Assembly (NCBI GenBank): GCA_973895155.1
Contig: OZ316896.1
Coordinates: 6,190,166 to 6,254,165, forward strand
Source of the DNA: Marsupella aquatica
Lineage: Eukaryota > Plantae > Marchantiophyta
DNA length: 64,000 bases
Direction: 5' to 3'
The notes beneath the pieces are model-generated. The model worked only from the letters and a program-made list of their open reading frames with translations. It was not told the DNA's origin and ran no database searches. Positions 53,401-64,000 of this stretch are shown here, in pieces; within the stretch, counting starts at the first letter, position 1, and every line of letters begins with the position of its first letter. The position numbers and the translations under genes were made by a program.

Positions 53401-55193
53401 TTCCTGGCAACACATTGCCAGAAGGTAACATAAGGTCATGGCAAAGTGCAAACATATCAGATAACAAGGCATTGCTTGCCTTGTGTTTGGCCTGTAGATT
53501 CATCAACCCCAAGATAGCAGAAAGATGACTCAAACGAGCACCCTCATAGATAGGAGTTCGGGCATGTTCCTCTACTTCCTCCCATTGGCGCTGTCCCTCG
53601 GGGGTATGTCTTGGTCGTGGATCATTGGGGGGCACATGACCTCCTTGATCAGCAGACACCTCAGCATCATCTCCAGGGACGTCAACACCAAACCAATCAA
53701 CCATAAAATCATCCATGGCTCTATCTTGGTCATCAATAACCTGTTCATATGTTCTGGGTACATTGCGATCAGGGTTGTTGCTTCCACTGTCACTTGATGA
53801 GGAATGTGACTCAGAGCCTTGTCCTTCTTCTGGCATACCCATTTCCCGATATGCTGCTCTCAATCTCCGCGGTAACATATTTTGAGAGGGTCGCACATTC
53901 TAAAAACAATGCAAACAATTGAAAGTTACAAAGCAAATAGTTACAACATGTAGAAGAATATATGGGGGTGTGCAAACATGAAATAATATCGGTACTGGTG
54001 TAAATACAAAATGTGGCCAAACGCCATGTGTATGGTCATTTTCTAATCCCACACATAGTGAGTAAACAACTCATCACCTGAGTGAATGGTCCTAGTAGCT
54101 ACAACCAGACAATGGTCATGATGATATGTTTGGCCATAAGGGGCTGGTGGAGGACCCTCAATGAAAACCCACTCACAATTTTGCCTACACTTGGGGCGAG
54201 TCCCCACAGTACTGTTTATGAAACCAACTATATTCTCAGTTCGTATGGGGTCCCCATCTATCACCCGTTGCTCACTATACCTCCTAGTGTTTCCATCAAA
54301 AGTATCTAACTCCAAGGTATAAGTCTTCCACTCAGGATGTTGTGCAAGGATCATGTTCCAATGTCTTCTCTTGTAGATGGGTCCACCATAAGGAAACAAC
54401 GTAGGTCCTTCTCGACCGCGTCCACCACTACCACTCTCGGTATCCACAATGATGTCTTCACAAGCAAAAACTCCATAGCCATGTCTATCCCCAAGTGTGG
54501 AAGGTTTGATAACCCAACGTCTTCCCCAAACCTCTACCTCCTCACCATAGGAAAGCTCTTGTGGCAAACCAAGAGTCTGGGGATCCCAGTCCTTGATGAT
54601 AGGAACACATCTGCCAGTAAACTCACAATCACCCCACCTACCGGTAACCACTGCCTTGTACAAATCAGTATCCCCTCGGGGCCGTCTCTTGGAACGCTTT
54701 CTCCCTCTTGGGACAACAGGCTCACCCCCAACTGCCCTAGGACTGGAGGGGGCTGTTGCTAGACCCAAGGCTTGTGAGAATGCATTGCCTATAGCATCTA
54801 GAACACCTTGTGATGGGACATAAGGTGCTGATGCCGCAGGTCTAGGCCTACTAGATACCTATTCCACCCAAACCAAAACAAACAACAAGAGGTGTGAAAT
54901 TAAAACCCTTCACCATTGCGATGTGGAAATAGGGTAGAAACTAAGGCGTAAACACTTACCACATGGGATGAGGAAGCCCCTGTTGTATGACGTCCGTAAC
55001 GTCCATATCTCTCAATATGCTGGGTGCATATATAGGACTTTTGGGAAACCTGACCCACGCATTTGGCACATTGGCAAAGCTGACGGGGTGGACCACGAGG
55101 AGGAGGTGCAGTCGTGTGAGGTTGAGGAGGAGGTGGTATATCTTCATCGGAGGAGGAAGAATCTGTGGTGGAGATCTCAGAAGATGAAGACAT
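50481..55193 (-). pseudogene. CACTA transposase (TnpD/Tnp2 family), about 1120 aa if repaired; one frameshift
   Basis: Exons 55193-54960, 53899-52713, 52600-51139, 50967-50481. Motifs: IHACVNDCMLF...CTECHEPRY, WFPIIPRL, LGLASDG, NYNLPPW, HDYPG, GYKACSTC, LDPMHIEGN, LKTHDYH, FFDCQVHLLVHL, GPVHCRWMYWLER, YGKIEEI...FKCKWF. One extra base at ~52847-52850 breaks the frame, and removing it makes all exon phases consistent. Confidence 0.92.
54043..55193 (-). CDS. Transposon-encoded SET-domain protein, 349 aa: shared exon 55193-54960 spliced to exon 54858-54043
   Basis: Uninterrupted frame. SET-like motifs in canonical order: VIKPSTLGDRHGYGVFACEDI, LFPYGGPI, YTLEL, VIDGD, NIVGFINST...NC, LVVATRTIHSGDELFTHY. 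Phase-0 donor GTAAGT at 54959 and phase-0 acceptor TAG at 54861-54859. Confidence 0.8.
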
Positions 55194-56562
55194 TGCCCCT
55201 ACAAAGATGTATAATTTGCAAGTTAGGGGTTATTACCAAATAACATCACAATATCAAGCTGGACAAATGTAAGTTCTCAAGTAATGATGACATGAAACCA
55301 AACACAAAAGGAACACTAAAAAATACCTTTCTGAGACCCAGGCTCAGCGGTGCCAATAGGTCTTGTGGCTCTAAAACAATGAACCGAATCTGGAAGTATG
55401 AGAAAAGCTGCAAGTACACAAAGCGAACACCTTACATACATGTCCTCTTTATAGATAGTGGGAACCAAAAATTTTAATTACATGAATAAGCCTAACTAGA
55501 CCCATCTATTTTAGTCCGTACCTCCAGATGCCCGGGCTCTCACGATGCATACGCATTAGCTAGTATCAATTCATGCAAAAGTGCCGCACCCTGCAAGTTG
55601 TCATAGCTCCGCCTCCTTTGTTAGCATAAAACCCATGGAAAAACCATTAAAACCCAAAAGATCCATAAAACCCATTAAAACCCATAAAACCCATGGTAAA
55701 ACAACTAAAACATTAATCTCATCTAACCTTGCTTTGCCTTTTCCAAACCCTCACCCCCAAACCTCTGACCTATTACAAAAACCTAGACCCTCACTCCCAA
55801 TCCCCTTCGGACTCTCTTTTGTTTTAAACCCTAAACCCTTGCTTGAACCCTAAAAGCCTACAACCATAAATGCAAACCCTGCTTAAACCCAAAATTAAAG
55901 ACTTAAACCCTAAACCCAAACCCAACTTTAATCCTAAACCCTTTCCTCACTTATTAATTTTAAACCAAAACCCAACTCTTATCAAAATTAGCCTACACCC
56001 ACACCATGTATAGCTTAAAAAATGGAAGGTTTGACTGGTAATCTCGCTTTTAACCCCTAAAAAAACCAGCTTCATCCAAGACCCAACCCTAACAAACGCC
56101 GGGATTTGAAACGGCGGAATTTCTTAATTACACAAAAGGGCATAGTATAACTTACATGGCCTAAACAAAAGGAGGAGGGAAAGAATGTGAAATTTTTTTT
56201 TGCCAGGAATTGCCACGATATTGAGAACCAACCTGCTTCGCAACCTGCTTCAGAATTTGGTCACATTATTTGCGAAGCAAAATGTTTCGCAACAGCTTCA
56301 GAAAAATAGAGCCCGAGAGCATTTTTTCGCGTCTCTGCAGCTTTGCAAAGGCTTTGCGAAGCGTGTGGTTTCGCATTGGTTTTGGAAAGTTGAGATACTA
56401 GTTGCGAAGCGGGCTGATTCGCAAATTGCGATGCGGACTGCGTCGCAAATGTGTTTTGTCTGGGCATTCGGACCTTCCCGTCGGGTTACGAGGCCCATTC
56501 GACGTTTTTTGAAGTGAGGGAGGGCAAGAGGAGAGCTTGCGCGCGCTTGGTATTGGATAGCT

Positions 56563-58673
56563 ATGGATTCTAGTGGAGGGCATGGAGGGGATGGGGCAGG
56601 GGCAAGTGGGAGTGGGAGTGGCAATAGCAATGGAGGGAACAGGAATGAGGAGAGTAATCAATGGACGAATTTGATGGCCGAGCATCTCAATGCCACACAG
56701 CTTAGCCATTTGGATTTGAGTACACCAGCTGGGATTGCTTCTTTGAGTGCAATTCTAGGGCAAGCTTTGCAAACCGGGGTTGCAGCAGGGCAGGCTCAGA
56801 GGGAGAAAGAGGCAAAGGCTGCAGCTGAGGAGAAGGCCAGAGAGAAGAAACGAAAGAAGGAGGAGAGGGCTAAGGCAGGAGTACTCTCTCCTGCAGCCCT
56901 CGAAAAGAAGAGGAGAAGGGAGGAACGAGATGAGATTCGAGCACAACGTGAGGCGCAGCGGAAAAAGGAGGAAGAGAGGAAGAAGCTGCCATTGATTGCC
57001 TTGGTTGAGGGCATTCCTACTGAGTTGGCCTACACTGGGGCAAAGAGCATTATCAGGCTTGTTGTGAGGACTAGCTTTGCACGAGGTGTTGAGTGGGGGA
57101 AACTAAGCAGAGCAGAGCAGAGGAAAGTAATGACTCAGGTCAAAGATTCATTCAGAAATGGAGCAGAGATTGATGACCAGTGGCTTGCAGATAGAATTTT
57201 GAATTCAATGTCTCAAGCACGATACCATGATAGGAGGAAGGTGAGGGCCTACCTGGCAAGCTTGCAGGAGTACAGGAACGTGAGGAGGCCAATGCAATTC
57301 ACAGAGGATGTGTGGAACGCGTTCTATAAGGTCGAGGTGCAGCTGAAAGCAGCCAAGGACCTCCAATTCTGGAAGGAGAAGGAGGCCAAGGCACTTCAGG
57401 CCGGGAAGTCAGACAAAGACCTCAAGGCATTGGCTGAGAAGGTCTCTCAGCTGCAGCACATCGTGGATGAAGTGGGGACACCACCCTAGAAGTTCATCCT
57501 TGCAGCAGACCGAGTCAGCAAACGCCCCAAGACCACACACAAGATGGGGCAAGGTGGACTTCCCGGCCTGAAAGCAACCTTCGTGAGTCCTCTCCCCTCC
57601 TCCCCTGCTTCTTTTCCTTCGCCTTCAATTGTTGTTTGCTTGCCTGCAATGCCCCTCGCAGACCTCTGCTTTACCCCTTATGGCCTCCCCTTTCGTTTTA
57701 GGTCACCCTGACACATTGCGTGCCTTAGCCATTTCTCGGATTTTTTTAAAAGCACAGTTTGCGAAACAATTGCGAAGCGGGTTGCCTCGCAATTGTTTTG
57801 CAAACTCTATTATAACCTTTTTCCCGTAAGGTTTGCGAAGCCATTGCGAAGCAATCCGATTCGCAATCTATTTCGCAAACTTAAATATATTTGAATTTGC
57901 AAAGGTGGGAGTTTTGCAAAGCTTGTTTCATTTTGAAAAACATTTAGTGTCGAGTGACAAATGTTTGTTAGGGTAATGGGGTTTTTTTCTGGTTAGGGTA
58001 CCCTTTTTACCCTTTTTAGGATTCCTTTTTTGCTTAAGTACCCTTAGTTACTAACCCGGGCCCCTTATGTTTTGGTGTTTCATTTTTTTGTGGTAGTATA
58101 AGAGGTACCGCCGCAAGATAACAACAAAGGAGATGGAGATAGGGGCAGAGCATGGGGCCAGACATCTCTTTGAGTTGGTTGATGAAGAGTTGGCTAGTGT
58201 GAGTGATTTGTAGTACCCTTTCTAAACCCGCACCCATTCCATTTATAAGGTTTATACATTTTTCCTATTAACCCTAAACCCGAATTAACCTTGTGACATG
58301 GAAGCAGGATAAGGAGGAGCAGGAGGGGAGTGAGGATAGCAGTGAGGAGGATAGCGGCGCTGATGATGGGGACACTACCGGGGCCACCACGAGTGGGTCC
58401 AGAGGGGCAGGGAGTGCTGCCACACCTAGCACACCAGGAGACCAGGAGGATGATGATGAGGATGATGACGATGATGAGGATGAGCCAGATGGGGAGGAGC
58501 AGCAGGCACCACCACCACCACCCCCTCCCGTCCAGCTCGTCCCGCCCAAAGCAAGAAGGACAAGGGGAAGAGGCCAGCAAAGAGGAGTAGGCGGGCTCCA
58601 TTCTAGAGGATGCAGATGTAGTTCACTCCATATGGCATATGGATTAGTCAAAGGACAGTGTCTTGGTATTTGA
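56563..58673 (+). pseudogene. Second CACTA ORF (TnpA/Ptta-like accessory protein) with a premature stop, divergent from the transposase
   Basis: Exons 56563-57582, 58097-58198 and 58308-58673, all phase 0. Charged coiled coil, then RPMQFTEDVWNAF. The frame continues past TAG 57487-57489 through KFILAADRVSKRPKTTHKMGQGG to a GTGAGT donor. Acidic/Pro-rich tail. The family assignment is by resemblance only. Confidence 0.65.
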
Positions 58674-60398
58674 TACCCCATAGGGTTTTAGAAAACCCTA
58701 ATTTTTGTACATTCAGGGATTTTTGGCATATATAAAGTTTTGCTTTGGTATCTTCATGTGGAGCAATAAGACCCCAACCCAATTATGAACCCAAATATAC
58801 AAAACCCAGCCCTCAAACTATCCTTGTGAAACACATGCGAACGCCATACTATCACAAACTTGCCATACATTGAGTATTGGAACATTGCGATACTTTTGGT
58901 TCCGCAATTGTGCGACACCCTGACTGACACAGTTATGCGATACCATATGAATGGCAACAGAATTGTCAAGACAACAGCTTCGCAAATAAGTTATAGTTCA
59001 GAGCGCGTCGCAAACCGATAAAGAGTCTGTCGAGATCGCATAAATGTGATTTATGTGCGATAAAATAAGTTTCGCAGTGTGCGAAGGGGTTGCGAAAGTC
59101 CGATTGCGAAGCTGTGGGTTTCAAAGAATGCAAAAGGGTTGCGATGCGGAATTTCATAATTTGGTCCTTTGTTAGTTGCGATGGGACGGGGTTCGCAAAA
59201 GGGGTCGGTAGTGTTGTAGTGGTAAGGGCCTGCTGCAGCTGATCGCGTTGATGCTTTGTTGTTGTAAACATACGCTTCAGATTTGCTATTGCTTGTCTTC
59301 GAATTTGCCATGCTCTGGTGGATGTCAATTTCAGTAGTGCTGCTTTGATCCAATTGGCAGAGTGTATGTCTATAGTGTGTTTCTTTCTCTCGTCTTTTCT
59401 CAGGTTTATTGAGGTCCGTTTCCTTCTCTGACGGTGTTGTGATGTGCTCCGGAACTGATCCATGGGGGGAGGATCCGTTTTCCAGTGCAGTAAGGGCGTA
59501 TATGCGGTGTAGTTGATCTGGGGCCGTAAGCTTGAAGTTCTAAGGAATGGGATGGAATCGTTGTCCCTCAACGCCATTGCTGGCTTGCGCTCGTGTTTGT
59601 CTTGATCAGGTTAATCGCTCACTGGTTTTGCTTGTTGCAGTTGAGTGTAAAACAGCTTTGTAGACTCACTACGATTTGTTGTTGTTGTTGTTGTTGTTGG
59701 CTCCAAAAATAGTTGATTTGACAATGGGTAGCCTCTCCATAACGTCAACTATTGAAGCTACTAGAGCACCTAGTGCTTGAGGCAGGTAGTAGTTGGTGTG
59801 CATACTTAGTGGCATAGAGGTTTGTGGAGTTCCTGACTCTCCATTTGAAACAGGCGTGAAGCTAATTTTGGTATTTGGAGGGCGTAGTGTTGCACCTCAG
59901 TAGAATCGTAGGTGTCCATTTTGAATTGGACATTTTGAATTGGACATTTTGGGCCGACAATCCTTACTTTTTTCTTTGCAGTGTTTTCAGTGAGGTTCTA
60001 CAAAATCTTGCAGTGTAGGCAGTTGCGTTTTTTTGCGCTGTACTCAATGGTGTTTGTGCCACTAGCATAATGAAATGGTTTTCAGTGTTCCTGGACTTGA
60101 AGTGGCAAGGTCGGGGTATCGTCCGTGATTTTGTGGAGGAATGGCATTTCAGACTTGTAAATTTGATGCACTCTGTACTCGCGTTTAGAAGGTTACGCAT
60201 TACTAGCTAGGCTCATGGATAAAACTCCTTGTAACAAACAAATAATTGATGAATGCCCCTATTTTGCCTACTAGAACATGGAGACAAATACAGAACATAG
60301 CTGATATTAACAACCAAAGCATGAACATTTTTATTGGGCAAAATGTGTGTGCAAGGCACACAATACATGTATGCAACGCGCGTTTTAATGTGCTTCAC

Positions 60399-62274
60399 CT
60401 ATGGGCTAACCGAATCAGGGACATACGAAGTCCATGAATCTATAATATTCATCATTTCCTTGAAATGTTGTGGAGACCGGTTTTGCTTAAGAACTTCTGT
60501 GAGCAGCACAGTGGCTTGTTGAGCTTTGTTAATAGCGAGTTGATGTTTGAGCTCGGTTCTAGCCCTCTTATCTTCTTGCCTACGCTGCTGGGGGGGGTCA
60601 CTTCCATGGAAGTGGCACATCACGTGCGACGAAGTATAGGTCCATTTAAATGGGTGTGGCGGAAGACTTCCAAAGTTTGGTGGAAGAACACATAGGGCAT
60701 GTTTTATTGGCTGGTCTACTTTAAAGAACACATAGGCCTCTTTAATTGTAAAAAATACTTTCTTTAAAGTTTTTAGGGGTTTTTTTAATAAAAAATGACA
60801 AAATTTAAAGAAAGAAAGGATTTTGCAAAAAAATATTTTTCACTTATAAGTTAGGGGGGTCAAACCCTAAAACGTTGCACGTGATGTATGGCCCTCCAAA
60901 TAGTGACCCCCCCGAGCTACGCTGAAGGCGTTCTCTTTTGTCCAGGTGTGCAGATTGGGCATCTTGAATGACCTTCTCTCTGAATGCATCTGCTAGTCTT
61001 GCTTCCTTCCTGTCAGCCAATTCTTGCGCTCTCCATCTATCCTTTGCATCAATCATTTGAATTCTGAAAGCATTCTTCTCTTCTAATTTCTCTACATACA
61101 CCTCAGCCAGATTGGGCCTAGATGTGCCTTGAGTTGATGATGGCCTCTTGCCCTGTTGTGGCTGTTGAGTACCTCGTTCTTGTGTCACTGTTGGGTGAGT
61201 TTGTGAATTACCTTCGCTTCAACCTTGAGAACGTGGAGCTGCTGCTGTCGGGAAAGATGCTGGAGCTGACGCGGGCTCTTCAATAGTGGGTATGCTTGAT
61301 TGAGGCTGGGATTGGGGCTCGGGTGCTGTTGGAGGCAGCGATTCATCAGCGGAGCTGTTTCCGCTAGTAGGAGGGCAATTTGTGCGATGGTCCTGGTCTA
61401 TATTAGTCTGGCCAAACTGAAATTCAGAGTCACCTGCATCAAAATGTCCTAATTAAGCACGCAATTTAACTATGTGTAGTGGTGTGGAGATTATAAATAC
61501 TACGCAATGCTATGAAGTAACCTCTGCCACAAATTCAAAAAATGTTGCATCAATAGTGCTGAGAGTACTCCGAGGCGTAATGACTTGCCTTACCAACTTC
61601 ATGGTAGATGGGGTCATTGCGGGGATCCTTTGGGAATGGGAATTGGGACTCCGGCACCTCATCTTTGTCAGAACCAACATCGATGTATAATTCTTGATGG
61701 CCAGGAAAACCAACAGCGATTGTGCTTGGAGGAGAAACGTTTGCTCTCTCCCCATAAATTGCGTGCATACGCTCAAAATGGGGGCAAATTTCTCATACTT
61801 CTCTGCTAAAGTAAGACCCTGTCTCAACTTAGCGTCTGTGAGCCCAGCACCAGAGTCCCACTTCATCGCCAATGCCACTTTATATTTCTTTAAGAAACGC
61901 TGGAACCTTTTGCCAAGGTTATCGCCTGTTGTGACGAACTTGGGAAACCCATTGTCATGCAAGTCAATCAACATCTTCTTAAAAATAGTCTTCTTGGGAG
62001 GATGCTTACCAGTGACAGATGGGCGACTACTAGTGCCCTTGAGCATAGCAAAGTTCTCAGGCACCTCCAACCAATCGACAATTATCACAAGGTGTTGTGG
62101 CAAGAGCTTCCTGTATCTCCGGCTAGACCCAGACCTGCAGCTTGCGAGACCATTTCAGTGTCGGATTTCGGGAAGCTGGGAATCAAGGATGACAACTTTA
62201 GCAGATGAGCACCGAGGATGATTTGGATCCTAAATCTGATTGTTCAATTGTGAAATGCCCTGTAAGATGTCCAT
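60399..62274 (-). pseudogene. Degenerate Myb/SANT-like DNA-binding ORF of PIF/Harbinger accessory-protein type
   Basis: IVDWLEVPENF...KKTIFKKMLIDLHDNG...KRFQRFLKKYK...DSGAGLTD...(frameshift)...HAIYGERANVSPP, then a coiled-coil C-terminus. Contains stops and frameshifts and is split by a MITE. A TIR pair was not confirmed. Confidence 0.6.
60588..60916. mobile_element. 329-bp MITE with 8-bp TSD (hAT-like)
   Basis: TIRs CTGGGGGGGGTCACT...ACATCACGTGCGACG and CGTTGCACGTGATGT...AGTGACCCCCCCGAG; perfect TSD CTACGCTG at 60580-60587 and 60917-60924. Confidence 0.9.
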
Positions 62275-64000
62275 GTTTAGTATCACTACTCTCGCCTCCA
62301 AAATTGCGATGGACCAGGCGACATTGAGCGAGGGAATTTTGATTTGAAATGTTGAAAGAATCGAGCAAAGCACTCACTGACCTCCCAACATATTACGGCA
62401 CGTTTGAAAAAATCCAGGGGGAATTGGTGAGGTTCCGATATGAGAGGAGAGATTTTCTCAGGTTAACCGTGGTTAGCAGGAAACCACTTCACTTTACAGG
62501 GCCGCGACACGACTCAATGTTAACTACCCCAGCAAATATGGGCCCGGGTATACCCACTTTTGGTGCGCCCGATAGCTTCGCGGGCCGCCCGTGAGGTCGA
62601 GATATTTGCCATATTTGAGACGCCCTAGTGATAAGCAAACCCAATCACACAAGCTTTCGGCCCGGTTTCTATAGTGAACTCACTCGCTCAGCAGCTCTGG
62701 CAAAACATTTCTCCATTGGGTTGGTCAGGTCTCCTGTTCAAGAGCCCATGCCGTGCTTTATTTAATTATCCCTGTTTCTTGATTTGGGGTTCTGGTAAAA
62801 GGAAATGAAAGTTCTAGGGTCAGACCAGAAACCCAACTATCCGATAGAATGCGCATCTGCCACTTCAGTATCCGTTGCCAGCTACACTCTTTACAGTATT
62901 TAGTCTCACACACTCTAATTACTGTGAGGTTATATTTGAGATAAGTGATGGTAATTAGGGTGTGTGACACTAATATAGTATGACACTAATTCCGGTCACA
63001 AGTCAAATAGTGTCACATACACTTAAGTTAAAAAAAATAGAATGGACAATTCTAGTCAAAATTTGCTTATAAAAAATTTAATTACAGCTCACAGGACTCA
63101 CTACTCAAACATTGAGAAAACTTCAGAAACTTATAACTCCTTCCATATACTACCCAAACATTGAGCAAACTTAAAAAATTTATAACTCCTTCTCACATAA
63201 CACAAAATTGCAGTTCGGGTATTCAACCACACCGAGCAAACAAGATTTGTTTGATTCATTTCTATCAACTACGAATAACACATGCTATCTCACATAAGCT
63301 ACAAATTAACATCCTTTTTATTCTCTTATAGCCTGTCCCTTGTGTCTCATCCTTGCAAGACGGCATACAGCCCCAAGAGAAGTGAGTTAAGCTGGCTCTT
63401 CATCTGGTTCACCAACATCAGGAGTCACTTCAACAATAGCATCAATGTCAAGGCCAACTTGACTCACTTCAAAATTCACTCAATACTTCGCTATGCTATT
63501 CTGAAACTCAAGTGTAAGTTGATTTTCAGACTATACACCATTGACATTTAGAGACCAACCGATCTTTATCATTGAGTTTTGTGCATAAGACATGCCATGT
63601 ATGTCAACAGAACTGTTCCCCTTAGCTACAGAGTCCCTTGCCAATGTCAAAAACAATGTTCATGTGGATTTATCAATTTCCCAGATGTGCCCTGTGTCCC
63701 AGTCCCCATATTTTTTGGGTCTTCATTTTTCATTTTTTGAAGTGAAGTGAGGATAAGCCAAAGGAGATGCAAAATAATTACCAGTGACATTTTAACATAG
63801 TGAGTCTTGATTCTTTTTGAATTCCCTTGCTCTAGCAAATCCAGCTATGATGGCCAATCCATTCCCGCCATGATGGCCAATCCATTCCTGCCATGTTATC
63901 AATCTGTCAACTTCCTTTCACAAAGACTGACAAGCTAAAACACAAAGAAGTTTTCTAAGAACATACACACAAAAAGATGTTATTGGTAGTCTGGATAATT

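Larger units (their letters stand above)
49579..59221. mobile_element. Full-length CACTA/EnSpm DNA transposon, 9643 bp
   Basis: TIRs CACTACAACA (49579-49588) and TGTTGTAGTG (59212-59221); perfect 3-bp TSD GTA (49576-49578, 59222-59224); TTTGCGAA/TTCGCAAA subterminal repeats; Tnp2-family transposase inside. Confidence 0.97.

Noticed and set aside
55740-55960. CCCTAAA units as an interstitial telomere
   Set aside because: Scattered and degenerate rather than a tandem array, and located inside the transposon spacer.
58966-59221. C-terminal half of the 203-aa ORF 58966-59577
   Set aside because: Read-through into the CACTA right end; the original continuation lies on the other side of the element.
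59880-62630. Complete Harbinger element boundaries
   Set aside because: A candidate right end (GAGACGCCC-TAG, ~62618-62629) has no convincing left partner.

Overview
Eukaryotic, intron-rich land-plant genomic DNA. A bryophyte or liverwort origin is my inference, not established. Host genes: (1) a multi-exon N-terminal-motor kinesin (+, truncated at the window start, about 1-16.6 kb) with an intronless ASR3/SH4-type trihelix transcription factor nested antisense in one intron; (2) a 2-oxoglutarate/Fe(II) dioxygenase pseudogene; (3) a complete 19-exon VPS41; (4) a 3-exon CYSTM gene (-). The rest is a patchwork of transposons: a MULE-like MITE with a 9-bp TSD, inverted LTR-like copies, a LINE relic, a Harbinger-like Myb relic interrupted by a MITE with an 8-bp TSD, and a four-copy ~600-bp repeat family. 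The standout is a fully delimited 9.6-kb CACTA/EnSpm transposon (49579-59221, CACTACAACA TIRs, GTA TSD). It carries an intact SET-domain (lysine methyltransferase-like) exon inside the first coding intron of its transposase, so one Cys/His-rich first exon can be spliced in frame either to the transposase or to the SET domain. All splice models were read by eye from GT/AG sites and frame continuity, without transcript data.
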